Below, piece by piece: positions 1 through 12,356 of a DNA stretch of 64,000 nt; the stretch's first letter is position 1; each line of letters starts with the position of its first letter. Source of the stretch: Macrostomum hystrix. Lineage: Eukaryota > Animalia > Platyhelminthes. Both the position numbers and the translations under genes were made by a program. The stretch is taken from positions 14,570,001-14,634,000 of the forward strand of contig CATNEN010000039.1 of NCBI GenBank assembly GCA_950097015.1, read 5' to 3'. The notes under the pieces were generated by a model that worked only from the letters and a program-made list of their open reading frames with translations, was not told the DNA's origin and did not search any database.

Positions 1-259
1 TGCTTGATCCAGCCGAACTGCTTTGAATGCTTCTTCCGCCAGAAAGTTCCGCAGACCAGTCGAACCGATTTGGCAGTCGGTTTCTGTAGCTGTGACTTAC
101 CACAGCCAAATAATGCTGCTGCTGCTCCTGCTGCAGTGGAGGCGGTGGCGGTGGCGGTGGCGGTGGCGGAGGTTCGATTCCTAGAAGCCTGTTGATGTCA
201 AAGCCACCAGCTCCCATGCTGTAATCCCTTGGCATTCGATAAAAGTTGTTGGCTGACAT
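1..259 (-). CDS. Partial gene running off the left edge; Pro/Gln-rich N-terminus with an eh1-like motif (possible transcription factor)
   Basis: ATG at 259 (-) gives MSANNFYRMPRDYSMGAGGFDINRLLGIEPPPPPPPPPPPLQQEQQQHYLAV, then a perfect GTAAGT donor after 101 (phase 0); the frame also stays open to base 1. FDINRLLG resembles the eh1 motif FxIxxLL. Confidence 0.45.
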   Translation of the reverse strand, partial: MSANNFYRMPRDYSMGAGGFDINRLLGIEPPPPPPPPPPPPLQQEQQQHYLAVVSHSYRNRLPNRFDWSAELSGGRSIQSSSAGSS

Positions 260-291
260 ACCGCGAGTAGTTTGCTCCAATTTAAACTCCG

Positions 292-2803
292 GGTAGATTC
301 AATAGATTATTATCAGTTGTCTGTCTGTCACTGTCTGGTAGATTCAATAGATTATTATCAGTTGTCTGTCTATCACTGTCTGGTAGATTCAATAGATTGT
401 TATCAGTTGTCTGTCTGTCACTGTCTGGTAGATTCAATAGATTATTATCAGTTGTCTGTCTGTCACTGTCTGGTAGATTCAATAGATTATTATCAGTTGT
501 CTGTCTGTCACTGTCTGGTAGATTCAATAGATTATTATCAGTTGTCTGTGTATCACTGTCTGGTAGATTCAATAGATTATTATCAGTTGTCTGTCTGTCA
601 CTGTCTGGTAGATTCAATAGACTATTATCAGTCGTCTGTCTGTCACTGTCTGGTAGATTCAATAGATTATTATCAGTTGTCTGTCTGTCACTGTCTGGTA
701 GATTCAATAGATTATTATCAGTTGTCTGTCTGTCACTGTCCGGTAGATTCAATAGGTTATTATCAGTTGTCTGTCTGTCACTGTCTGGTAGATTCAATAG
801 ATTATTATCAGTTGTCTGTCTGTCACTGTCTGGTAGATTCAATAGATTGTTATCAGTTGTCTGTCTGTCACTGTCTGGTAGATTCAATAGATTATTATCA
901 GTTGTCTGTCTGTCACTGTCTGGTAGATTCAATAGATTGTTATCAGTTGTCTGTCTGTCACTGTCTGGTAGATTCAATAGATTGTTATCAGTTGTCTGTC
1001 TGTCACTGTCTGGTAGATTCAATAGATTGTTATCAGTTGTCTGTCTATCACTGTCTGGTAGATTCAATAGATTATTATCAGTTGTCTGTCTGTCACTGTC
1101 TGGTAGATTCAATAGATTATTATCAGTTGTCTGTCTGTCACTGTCTGGTAGATTCAATAGATTATTATCAGTTGTCTGTCTGTCACTGTCTGGTAGATTC
1201 AATAGATTATTATCAGTTGTCTGTCTGTCACTGTCTGGTAGATTCAATAGGTTATTATCAGTTGTCTGTCTGTCACTGTCCGGTAGATTCAATAGATTAT
1301 TATCAGTTGTCTGTCTGTCACTGTCTGGTAGATTCAATAGATTGTTATCAGTTGTCTGTCTATCACTGTCTGGTAGATTCAATAGATTATTATCAGTTGT
1401 CTGTCTGTCACTGTCTGGTAGATTCAATAGATTATTATCAGTTGTCTGTCTGTCACTGTCCGGTAGATTCAATAGATTGTTATCAGTTGTCTGTCTGTCA
1501 CTGTCTGGTAGATTCAATAGATTATTATCAGTTGTCTGTCTGTCACTGTCTGGTAGATTCAATAGATTATTATCAGTTGTCTGTCTGGTAGATTCAATAG
1601 ATTATTATCAGTTGTCTGTCTGTCACTGTCTGGTAGATTCAATAGATTATTATCAGTTGTCTGTCTGTCACTGTCTGGTAGATTCAATAGATTATTATCA
1701 GTTGTCTGTCTGGTGGATTCAATAGATTATTATCAGTTGTCTGTCTGTCACTGTCTGGTAGATTCAATAGATTATTATCAGTTGTCTGTCTGGTGGATTC
1801 AATAGATTATTATCAGTTGTCTGTCTGTCACTGTCTGGTAGATTCAATAGATTATTATCAGTTGTCTATCTGGTAGATTCAATAGATTATTATCAGTTGT
1901 CTGTCTGGTAGATTCAATAGATTATTATCAGTTGTCTGTCTGTCACTGTCTGGTAGATTCAATAGATTATTATCAGTTGTCTGTCTGGTGGATTCAATAG
2001 ATTATTATCAGTTGTCTGTCTGTCACTGTCTGGTAGATTCAATAGATTATTATCAGTTGTCTGTCTGGTGGATTCAATAGATTATTATCAGTTGTCTGTC
2101 TGTCACTGTCTGGTAGATTCAATAGATTATTATCAGTTGTCTATCTGGTAGATTCAATAGATTATTATCAGTTGTCTGTCTGGTAGATTCAATAGATTAT
2201 TATCAGTTGTCTGTCTGGTAGATTCAATAGATTATTATCAGTTGTCTGTCTGTCACTGTCTGGTAGATTCAATAGATTATTATCAGTTGTCTGTCTGTCA
2301 CTGTCTGGTAGATTCAATAGATTATTATCAGTTGTCTGTCTGTCACTGTCTGGTAGATTCAATAGATTATTATCAGTTGTCTGTCTGTCACTGTCTGGTA
2401 GATTCAATAGATTATTATCAGTTGTCTGTCTGTCACTGTCTGGTAGATTCAATAGATTATTATCAGTTGTCTGTCTGTCACTGTCTGGTAGATTCAATAG
2501 GTTATTATCAGTTGTCTGTCTGTCACTGTCTGGTAGATTCAATAGATTATTATCAGTTGTCTGTCTGTCACTGTCTGGTAGATTCAATAGATTATTATCA
2601 GTTGTCTGTCTGTCACTGTCTGGTAGATTCAATAGGTTATTATCAGTTGTCTGTCTGTCACTGTCTGGTAGATTCAATAGATTATTATCAGTTGTCTGTC
2701 TGTCACTGTCTGGTAGATTCAATAGATTATTATCAGTTGTCTGTCTGTCACTGTCTGGTAGATTCAATAGATTATTATCAGTTGTCTGTCTGTCACTGTC
2801 TGG
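292..2803. repeat. 45-bp minisatellite (GGTAGATTCAATAGATTATTATCAGTTGTCTGTCTGTCACTGTCT)n with a 35-bp deletion variant
   Basis: Directly visible; more than 55 near-identical units, with 35-bp units interspersed at about 1560-2240. Confidence 0.98.
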
Positions 2804-3324
2804 TTTTTGTCTGAATTTTTAAGGTGGAGTTTTCCTGTGCTTCTTGTCAAGAAATTTCTGTCGCAGTTTGGATTTGGATGGCCTCATTGGTAGCCATCTC
2901 TCCTCCGCCCGCATCACCTTGAACAGGCTGCTCCGCTCTGAGCTACTCAGCTACCCCTATTTTTCTATTATCGCTTCTGCTGTTTTTGTTTTGATCAAAT
3001 GGGAGTTTAATTTCAACTAAGTCAGAACCCCATTTTGCTGACCTTATCCTGCAATAATGCTGGGGACATCACAGAATGGAACAACTCTCTCAACAGAACT
3101 CAAACTATCACCAACACACTGCTCAATTGTGATTAGTTATTTATTTCAAATCCTTTACTAGTCTACTGCCCAAACAGAAGTGAGTAGTAAACTAGATTTT
3201 TTTAACGCAGAAAGCGAATGAATAATTCAAGTTATTATTTTTAGAATGAATTCATTAGAACAATTTACACAAGACAAAAGTTCGAGTAATATTTAAGTAA
3301 TATTCGCTTTATTTTATTTATTTG

Positions 3325-3690
3325 ATTCTGCTTCGATTCTATCTGCGGATCCTGCTTCGATTCTATGTGCGGATCCAGCTTCGATTCTATCTGCGGATCC
3401 TGCTTCGATTCTATCTGCGGATCCTGCTTCGATTCTAACCGTGAATCCTGCTTCGATTCCAACTGCGGATCCTGCTTCAATTCTACCCGCGGATCCTGCT
3501 TCGATTCTATCTGCGGATCCTGCTTCGATTCTAACCGTGAATCCTGCTTCGATTCCAACTGCGGATCCTGCTTCAATTCTATCTGCGGATCCTGCTTCGA
3601 TTCTATCTGCGGATCCTGCTTCGATTCTATCTGTGGATCCTGCTTCGATTCTATCTACGGATCCTGCTTCGATTCTACCCGTGGATAAGT
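3325..3690. repeat. 24-bp minisatellite (TGCTTCGATTCTATCTGCGGATCC)n, array 1
   Basis: About 15 units; the same family occurs at 6401-6697. Confidence 0.95.
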
Positions 3691-3780
3691 AAGCAAAAAC
3701 CTATATTATTGAAATAATTATAACTTGCAAATTACTGTTTTAGAAGTACCGAGAATTCAACGGATTGACCAGAATTATGA

Positions 3781-4060
3781 TTTATTATTATTTGCAGTAG
3801 TGGTTTGAGCACACGCTGGAATGTCCTTTGGTGACACTAGACCCGCAGCCAGCGAGGAGGCAATTCTGCCCATTCCGCTGACTCCTGAGCACACACGTAC
3901 CCAGATACTGTACGCGGACACACGCTCACACAGCTGTGTACATCTGCCCTGACTTTCCCATCGCCAGGCAGTGTACACTTTCACTGTACGTAGGAGGTTG
4001 GCCCTCAAGGTCGTGAATTGCACGACAAGCCCCCAAGCCTTCTCTCCGCGTCTGCGCGCC
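3781..4060 (-). mobile_element. SINE family A: multi-hairpin body with (TAA)n-like tail
   Basis: Shares blocks (GCTTGGGGGCTTG..GAGGGCCAA; GTACACTGCCTG..AAAGTCAGGGCAG; GGGCAGAATTGCCTCCTCGCTGGCTGCGGGTCTAGTGTC) with 17875, 19545, 34322, 42352 and 58640. Confidence 0.75.
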
Positions 4061-4363
4061 AAATGAATGTGGCATATTGAACGATAAACTAACTTTCACA
4101 GCTGTCAACATCGTCGAGATATTCTGCGATATTCTTGTCGAAGACCCTGGTGACAAGAAAAGTTTTATTATTACTCTGTATGAATTTCTGTTGCAATCTA
4201 TACTCAATGATATAAAAAATTCAAATTGCGCAATATCTCGAAGGTGCGGATGTTTTGTGATGCTGGCAGTTGTTTCATCGGATAGAGCGGAACATTAATC
4301 GTCAGCTGCGATCGGACAACGGAAATCAAGTCAAGAAAGTACAGTTGGATAAAATCCAGCATA

Positions 4364-4923
4364 TACTCAGCAACAGCTAAAACCCCCCCCAACTCACGCT
4401 GTCACACGGGCACAAAAGTTAAGCAATGTCTTTAATTCTAGTTTCAGTATCGTGTGTAGGAACCACGAGCATGCAAAAGTGCCGTGACTCGTCGTGGCAT
4501 CCTGATCACCAGCCGGTTGATGAACTCTTGGGGCAGCTGCTGCCAGGCATTCAGCACCGCCAGTCGCAACTGTTCAGCATTCTGTGGGGCATCCTGCTGA
4601 ACTCTTCGCTTTACAAAGTCCCAGACATGCTCGATGTGCTGCACGTGTGCTGCTCGATGTGGCGCAGCGTTGACGTCTTGAAGCATGCAGTTCTGCGTGC
4701 ACCCTCTTGCACCCTCCTCTTTAACTACTGATGGTTTACCATTGCGCAATGCAGCCACCAGTGGGTTGAGTTGCGCCACCCCCTCCCCAAATCCCCCATG
4801 CCGCACTTTGCGCTCGCGTCTGGCAGCGGCAGCCTTCACACATTTCTGAGTCACCGATGGCATACAAAACTTTTGGGCCGTGTGACAGCGTGAGTTGGGG
4901 GGGGGTTTAGCTGTTGCTGAGCA
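4364..4923 (-). mobile_element. Internally deleted Tc1-family DNA transposon (560 bp)
   Basis: About 55-bp terminal inverted repeats (TIRs; TACTCAGCAACAGCTAAAACCCCCCCCAACTCACGCTGTCACACGG) with TA on both sides (4362-63, 4924-25). ORF 4863-4444 ends in the Tc1 transposase C-terminus (QDVNAAPHRA..IEHVWDFVKRRV..MPRRVTALLHARGSYTRY). Confidence 0.9.
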
Positions 4924-5154
4924 TACAAGCGTAGGGATAGTAACATCTCATATTTAGCATAAGGAATAAAAATGTCGTTTAGAAAATTTGAAATACGAGC
5001 GTAGGTTGTTATTCTCGCTAGTGGTACAGTGACTTGATTCAAACTCCAGCTGTTAATCAATCTAATTTTAAAAGTGTATCTTAACTTTACGCAGCATGTA
5101 CCCATCAGTTCCTTGACCTCAAACTCAATCTTCACTTCCCCTTTGCAACCTCGC

Positions 5155-5345
5155 TATCGACCTCGCCATCGAACTCGCCATCGACCTCGCCATCGACCTC
5201 GCCATCGACCTCGCCATCGACCTCGCCATCGACCTCGCCATCGACCTCGCCATCGACCTCGCCATCGACCTCGCCATCGACCTCGCCATCGACCTCGCCA
5301 TCGACCTCGCCATCGACCTCGCCATCGACCTCGCCATCAACGTCG
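5155..5345. repeat. 12-bp repeat (CCTCGCCATCGA)n just downstream of the TP53I11-like stop codon
   Basis: About 15 near-perfect units. Confidence 0.95.
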
Positions 5346-5366
5346 CCTTCCACCTCGCCCTCACCT

Positions 5367-7323
5367 TCAGCCACCTGTCAGCTGGCAGAATTTGACGCAG
5401 GCGACGGCCGCCAGTCCGGCCATGGCGAGCCCGCCGAATTTGGCCAGCCAGCGGGCCGGATGAGTCCATAGCAACGCGCAGTTGACGGCGGCGAACACCG
5501 CCACGCATCCGATGGACAGTCGGGCTGAATCGCGATCCTGAGAGCGCCAGAAAAGCCAGAGGAACATGGACATTGCTGCGGGCGGGTTGCGGGAGCCAGA
5601 ATATATCATACACATTGGTTGGTGTTTCGCTAGGTATCTGCTGCGATTCTAGCTACAGCTCCTGCTTCGATACCAGCCTGGTATCTGTTGCGATTCTAGC
5701 TACGGCTCCTGCTTCGATACCAGCCAGTTATTTGCTGCGATTTTAGCTACGGCTCCTGCTGCGATTCCAGTTTTGATTATAGCATCTTAGCTTCTGTTCT
5801 ATCTAGAAACCTGGATTATATCAATTCCAACTGAAGATAGGCTCTTTCTGCCAGCCTGCTAAGAGTGAGTCAGTTCCCTATAGTTACCAATAAGAGCTCT
5901 TTCTGCCTGCCTGCTCAGAGTGAGTCAGTTCCCTATAGTTACCAATAAGAGCTCTTTCTGCCAGCCTGCTCAGAGTGAGTCAGTTCCCTATAGTTACCAA
6001 TAAGAGCGCTGCCGTACTGGCGGCCCGCCAGAGCTGCCTCGAGGGAGCCGATGGCCGGTCCAGCTTCAATAAACAGCTTCGGCTCGCAAAGGACCTGCAA
6101 GATGAAAGACTGCTTGGCCTAGAAAGAAGGCTGTAACACAAACGACTGTCAATGTCAGTTTTCGGAGCCTCTTTTAGGCTTTTGTGTGCGTGCGTCAAGC
6201 CGCTCGTGATAAAATAGAATTTGACGTGAGAAAGGCGCTCACTGACATCAGAGAAGGATAACAGATTTGTGATTTGGAATCTCATTATCAAAATAAGAGA
6301 ATAAACTGAATTCCAGAAAATATAAGACTTTGATCTAAATATTTTGAAGTCTTCTTCGGATCACGAAAGTTACTTTTACATCTTGTAAGCCCATTAAATA
6401 TCGATTCTATCTGCGGATCCTGCTTCGATTCTATCTGCGGATCCTGCTTCGATTCTATCTGCGGATCCTGCTTCGATTCTATCTGCGGATCCTGCTTCGA
6501 TTCTATCTGTGGATCCTGCCTTGATTCCAACTGCGGATCCTGCTTCAATTCTATATGCGGATCCTGCTTCGATTCTATCTGCGGATCCTGCTTCGATTCT
6601 ACCCGTGAATCCTGCTTCGATTCTATGTGCGGATCCAGCTTCGATTCTATCTGCGGATCCTGGTTCGATTCTATCTGCGGATCCTGCTTCGATTCTATTC
6701 TATCTAGAAACAGCACATCAACTGCAGATGCAGTACACGTAGCTCCGATTTCGCTTCAAGATTGTGATAATATATGCATTCCAAAATCATTTTCATCACT
6801 TACTTTAAATTTTATTACGAAAAGTCAAGAATATTCGCAGAAGGAATGCAATTTTATTAATTAAGGAAGGAATTCATTAATTCTACGAGCTAGGCTTTAA
6901 CACCCCACACGAATCCACCCTACCTGACTCTACTTCACCTGACTCCACCCCACCTGACTCTACCTCACCTGACGATACTCCGCCTGACTCCACCCCCACA
7001 TGACGACACTCCGCCTGACTACCCCACCTGACTCCATCCCACCCGACTCCACCCCCATATGACGACACTCCGCCTGACACCAGCAGATGACTCACGGCGA
7101 TCCCGGCGGTGGCGCAGGCGAGGCCACAGGCTGCCAGCCAGGTTCTGGCCTGCCAGGACAGGCATCGCTGGCGCAGCTGCTCGCTGTGGCCCAGAATCTG
7201 GCTGATCTTGGACCGGTGAACGTTGCCGTCGTCCGTCTCGCCGACGCCGAGAAGTTTTCTTGTCTTCAGCCGGCTATGGAGGTCACCACTGCTCTGCTTC
7301 CTGTGCCGGGAAGATGAGAACAT
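5367..7323 (-). CDS. TP53I11: Tumor protein p53-inducible protein 11 (PIG11) homologue, 177-aa membrane protein
   Basis: Exons 7323-7096, 6094-5998, 5575-5367 (534 nt, GT-AG, phases consistent). [38 protein letters not shown] matches the TP53I11 N-terminal signature (human, recalled: [39 protein letters not shown]). RQYGSAL corresponds to RLYGGAL, and hydrophobic helices follow. Confidence 0.9.
5841..6007 (-). repeat. 3 x 55-bp tandem repeat spanning the TP53I11 exon 2/intron 2 donor
   Basis: Units start at 5841, 5896 and 5951; each contains GCTCTTATTG|GTAACT on the minus strand. Confidence 0.9.
6401..6697. repeat. 24-bp minisatellite, array 2 (in TP53I11 intron 1)
   Basis: Same unit and the same variants as 3325-3690. 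Confidence 0.95.
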
Positions 7324-7439
7324 GTCTGGCAGTTCTGGATGGTTGTGAGTCGGTGTACTCACGGTATTTAACCAGCAAATGCCCACATTTTCCACGTTTC
7401 CTCATCAAATCTGTAACTATCCTATTCTTGGCAAGCTGA

Positions 7440-8095
7440 AAGGAGCCAGTTGAAGGGAGGCAGTTGAAGGGAAGCAGTAAAAGGGAGACAGTTGAAGGGA
7501 GTCAGTCAAAGGGAGGCAGTTGAAGGAGCCAGTTGAAGGGAGCCAGTTGAATGGAGCCAGTTGAAGGAGCCAGTTGAAGGGAGCCAGTTGAAGGGAGCAA
7601 GTTGAAGGGAGCCAGTTAAAGGGAGCCAGTTGAAGGGAGCCAGTTGAAGGGAGCCAGTTGAATGGAGCCAGTTGAAGGGAGCAAGTTGAAGGGAGCCAGT
7701 TAAAGGGACTAGTTAAAGGGAGCCAGTTGAAGGGAGCCAGTTGAAGGGAGCAAGTTGAAGGGAGCCAGTTAAAGGGACTAGTTAAAGGGAGCCAGTTGAA
7801 GGGAGCCAGTTGAAGGGAGCCAGTTGAAGGGAGCCAGTTGAAGGGAGCCAGTTGAAGGGAGCCAGTTGTAGGGACTAGTTAAAGGGAGCCAGTTGAAGGG
7901 AGCAAGTTGAAGGGAGCCAGTTGAAGGGAGCAAGTTGAAGGGACTATTTGAAGGTAGCCAGTTGAAGGGAGCCAGTTGAAGGGAGCAAGTTGAAGGGAGC
8001 CAGTTGAAGGTACTAGTTAAAGGGAGCCAGTTGAAGGGAGCCAGTTGAAGGGAGCCAGTTGAAGGGAGCCAGTTGAAGGGAGCCAGTTGAAGGTA
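7440..8095. repeat. 14-bp minisatellite (GGGAGCCAGTTGAA)n
   Basis: Directly visible, about 45 units. Confidence 0.95.
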
Positions 8096-8644
8096 CTAGA
8101 TCTAGGTAAGGCTCGGAGAGCCGAAACTTACGAGTCTCTATCCTGGCCTGCTGACATTTCAATGTAGGCTTTTGTTTCGGAGAATAAAAAGCTGCTAGAT
8201 ACAACAACACAAATCACATCGGATGGAGTCGGATGGAATATTTTGCGTAGACAAAATAGTCTGCTACAGCTTGTTGCCTGCAATTATTTATTTCGTGCAA
8301 TTCTGGCCTTTTTAAAAGAATTTCCAGCCGGTAGGCATTTGGTTTGTAACAAGCACTTTTCATGCACTGAAAAAATGCCCACAAACTTCTGATATAAGAC
8401 CGTCCAACCACATATGCGCGACTGCTTCCCAAACCGCCTTTTCTAACCCCCCTTAGACGGAGGTGAACCAGTTTTGTCAGGATACTAGCTATCAGGATAC
8501 TAGCTATCAGGATACTAGCTATCAGGATACTAGCTATCAGGATACTGCCATGTGGCAGCGCTGTTTTAGAAAAGCAATCCATTCGTTTGATTCGGTTTTT
8601 TATATTTCTAGAATTTTTTCAGAAAATTTTTTTTATTAGTCCAC

Positions 8645-10860
8645 CTAAGAATCAACCTAATTAAGAAATCTACCTAATTAGGAATCTACCTAATTAAGAA
8701 TCTACCTAATTAAGAATCTACCTAATTAAGAATCTACCTGATTAAGAATCTACCTTATTAAGAATCTTCCTAATTAAGAATCTACCTGATTAAGAATCTA
8801 CCTGATTAAGAATCTACCTGATTAAGAATCTACCTGATTAAGAATCTACCTGATTAAGAATCTACCTGATTAAGAATCTACCTAATTAAGAATCTACCTA
8901 ATTAGGAATCTACCTGATTAAGAATCTACCTGATTAAGAATCAACCTAATTAAGAATCTACCTAATTAAGAATCTACCTAATTAGGAATCTACCTGATTA
9001 AGAATCTACCTGATTAAGAATCTACCTAATTAAGAATCTACCTAATTAGGAATCTACCTGATTAAGAATCTACTTTATTAAGAATCTTCCTAATTAAGAA
9101 TCTACCTTATTAAGAATCTTCCTAATTAAGAATCTTCCTAATTAAGAATCTACCTGATTAAGAATCTACCTGATTAAGAATCTACCTGATTAAGAATCTA
9201 CCTGATTAAGAATCTACCTAATTAAGAATCTACCTAAATAAGAATCTACCTAATTAGGAATCTACCTGATTAAGAATCTACCTGATTAAGAATCTACCTG
9301 ATTAATAATCTACCTAATTAAGAATCTACCTAATTAAGAATCTACCTAATTAGGAATCTATCTAATTAAGAATCTACCTGATTAAGAATCTACCTAATTA
9401 GGAATCTACCTGATTAAGAATCTACCTGATTAAGAATCTACCTAATTAAGAATCTACCTAATTAAGAATCTACCTAATTAGGAATCTATCTAATTAAGAA
9501 TCTACCTAATTAAGAATCTACCTAATTAAGAATCTATCTAATTAAGAATCTACCTGATTAAGAATCTACCTGATTAATAATCTACCTGATTAAGAATCTA
9601 CCTGATTAAGAATCTACCTAATTAAGAATCTACCTAATTAGGAATCTACCTGATTAAGAATCTACCTGATTAAGAATCTACCTAATTAAGAATCTACCTA
9701 ATTAAGAATCTACCTAATTAAGAATCTACCTTATTAAGAATCAACCTAATTAAGAAATCTACCTAATTAGGAATCTACCTGATTAAGAATCTACCTTATT
9801 AAGAATCAACCTAATTAAGAATCTACCTAATTAAGAATCTACCTGATTAAGAATCTACCTGATTAAGAATCTACCTGATTAAGAATCTACCTGATTAAGA
9901 ATCTACCTGATTAAGAATCTACCTGATTAAGAATCTACCTGATTAAGAATCTACCTTATTAAGAATCTTCCTAATTAAGAATCTACCTGATTAAGAATCT
10001 ACCTGATTAAGAATCTACCTGATTAAGAATCTACCTGATTAAGAATCTACCTGATTAAGAATCTACCTAATTAGGAATCTACCTGATTAAGAATCTACCT
10101 TATTAAGAATCTACCTAATTAAGAATCTACCTAATTAAGAACCTACCTAATTAAGAATCTACCTTATTAAGAATCAACCTAATTAAGAAATCTACCTAAT
10201 TAGGAATCTACCTGATTAAGAATCTACCTGATTAAGAATCTACCTGATTAAGAATCTACCTGATTAAGAATCTACCTGATTAAGAATCTACCTGATTAAG
10301 AATCTACCTGATTAAGAATCTACCTGATTAAGAATCTACCTGATTAAGAATCTACCTGATTAAGAATCTACCTGATTAAGAATCTACCTAATTAGGAATC
10401 TACCTGATTAAGAATCTACCTTATTAAGAATCTACCTAATTAAGAATCTACCTAATTAAGAACCTACCTAATTAAGAATCTACCTTATTAAGAATCAACC
10501 TAATTAAGAAATCTACCTAATTAGGAATCTACCTGATTAAGAATCTACCTGATTAAGAATCTACCTTATTAAGAATCTTCCTAATTAAGAATCTACCTGA
10601 TTAAGAATCTACCTGATTAAGAATCTACCTGATTAAGAATCTACCTGATTAAGAATCTACCTGATTAAGAATCTACCTTATTAAGAATCTTCCTAATCAA
10701 GAATCTACCTGATTAAGAATCTACCTGATTAAGAATCTTCCTAATTAAGAATCTACCTGATTAAGAATCTTCCTAATCAAGAATCTAACTGATTAATAAC
10801 CTACCTAATTAATAACCTACCTAATTAATAACCTACCTAATTAATAATCTACCTGATTAG
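8645..10860. repeat. 17-bp AT-rich satellite (ATTAAGAATCTACCT[G/A])n with recurring variant series
   Basis: About 130 units; identical runs of variants recur (e.g. about 10070-10210 and 10390-10530). Confidence 0.97.
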
Positions 10861-11689
10861 TAACCTTTTTATAATGAATCCAGAAAATCTATTAAGTCTA
10901 TTTAACGACAAATCAGTATGCACAACTAAATTGATGCTCAGTTAATTTTTGGTGCTTTCAACTATTGAGTACACCTGTTCAGTCTATTGGCTGGGGATGC
11001 CGCGAACGCCCACTGGAATTTCTACCCCAGCCGAAGCTGGATTCAATCATATCAAGTAGGCTAAGATTCGATCTCTTGACCTCTTTCGTTCACAGTTACG
11101 AAACGCTTGGCAAAGAGATGCATTCCATCCGCAATCTAACCAGACGATGCGCCAAAAATGGAACTCACTTCTCAAGTCGTCGGCCAGGATTATCTACGAG
11201 TACATTCTCAGAGCAGTCATTTGTATCGGTCATGGCACAATTGCTCATGCAATGCTGCTTTTCTGCCGGCACAGTCGTTGAGTTCATAGAAATTCAAAAG
11301 ATGTGGCAGCGGTGCCCGAATCAAGAAATTTTCTATATTAGTTTTTATTTTCCGATCGGCATTGGGAGATCGGCCTATGGCGGGCTTCGAGGGGATGGGA
11401 ATTCTGCTGAGCACAGGCTTGAGTCGGCTCGGGATAAATTTAGGAGCAGAATGAGATAAGAGGAGGAGAGAGAGTTTTTTTATCCTTTCAGCAAATGAGA
11501 TTCTATCTGATTCGATTCCATACTGGAAAAAGCATTCAGCGAAAAAACTGCCCGTTTAATGCTGTGAGTTAATGTCGTTTTGAGTACAAGCTCTGTTAAA
11601 TTTTAAAGAACTGACTTCCCTTTACACCTGGATACCTGCGAAATCTACTGCATCTCACTACCCCACTTCCTCCCATCCTACTGCTCTCC

Positions 11690-11832
11690 CTCTCACCCTA
11701 CTGCTCTCCCTCACACCCTACTGATCTCCCTCTCACCCTACCTGATCTCCCTCTCACCCTACCTGCTCTCCCTCTCACCCTACTAATCTAGGGAATCTAG
11801 GGAATCTAGGGAATCTAGGGAATCTAGGGAAG
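11690..11832. repeat. Short 19-20-bp pyrimidine-rich repeat followed by (AATCTAGGG)x5
   Basis: Directly visible. Confidence 0.85.
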
Positions 11833-12356
11833 GCACGGAGTCATATAACGTTGTCATGCAGAGTCATATAATTGCAGTCTACATGTACAGGTCTTTCGGA
11901 AGGAATGAGCTGTAGGATATGACTGAAACTGTATCCTATCGTTTCTACTAATAGTAGCACATGGCGAATTAATCTTCCTCCAAATATTTTCGCATACGTG
12001 AAAAAAAGTTGGAAAATTTAGTAGAAAATTTCGAAAATAAAGCAAACAATATTGCCAAATTTCAGAGCAACTAGACATGTTAAAGGTGAAATAATATTTT
12101 TCTGCAACCACAAGTCTCGTGTACTACACGAATAGATTAAAAAACCGCGAAAAAGTGATGTTGATAAAACCCTGCGCCCCGGCGGCGGGTAGGCGTATAG
12201 CGGGGCGTACAGCAAAGTCACCCAGCGCCCAGCCGGCGGGGGGCGTATAGCGGGGCGCACGGCGCCCCACCCTGCACCCCAAAAAGCTGTCCCACCGGGA
12301 ATGTCCTCAAAATTCAGTATGAATTTATACTTCATTTTAATCAGTAGATAAAGGAA

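Noticed and set aside
4-270. Plus-strand Cys-rich frame with C-TGA-C suggesting a selenoprotein
   Set aside because: No SECIS element seen; the minus-strand frame is more protein-like and has a consensus donor.
292-2803. CRISPR-like appearance of the 28-50-bp arrays
   Set aside because: Units are head-to-tail with no unique spacers, there are no cas genes, and the context is eukaryotic.
272-2814. Long repetitive ORFs here and at 3265, 6288, 14744, 42968, 44631, 48475-50420, 59722-61458 and 61853-62794
   Set aside because: They are translations of minisatellites, open in several frames and strands, and mostly lie inside introns of well-supported genes.
3835-3885. HDV-like ribozyme: GCCUCCUCGCUGGC in SINE A is identical to HDV P3/L3
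   Set aside because: No 7-bp P1 followed by GG, and no P4/J4-2/P2 downstream; a simple hairpin explains the segment. An RNArobo search or self-cleavage assay on the family consensus could revisit this.
10965-11459. 164-aa ORF, plus the ORFs at 14015-14459 and 24532-24990
   Set aside because: No recognisable motifs or consistent splice structure; probably decayed transposon sequence.
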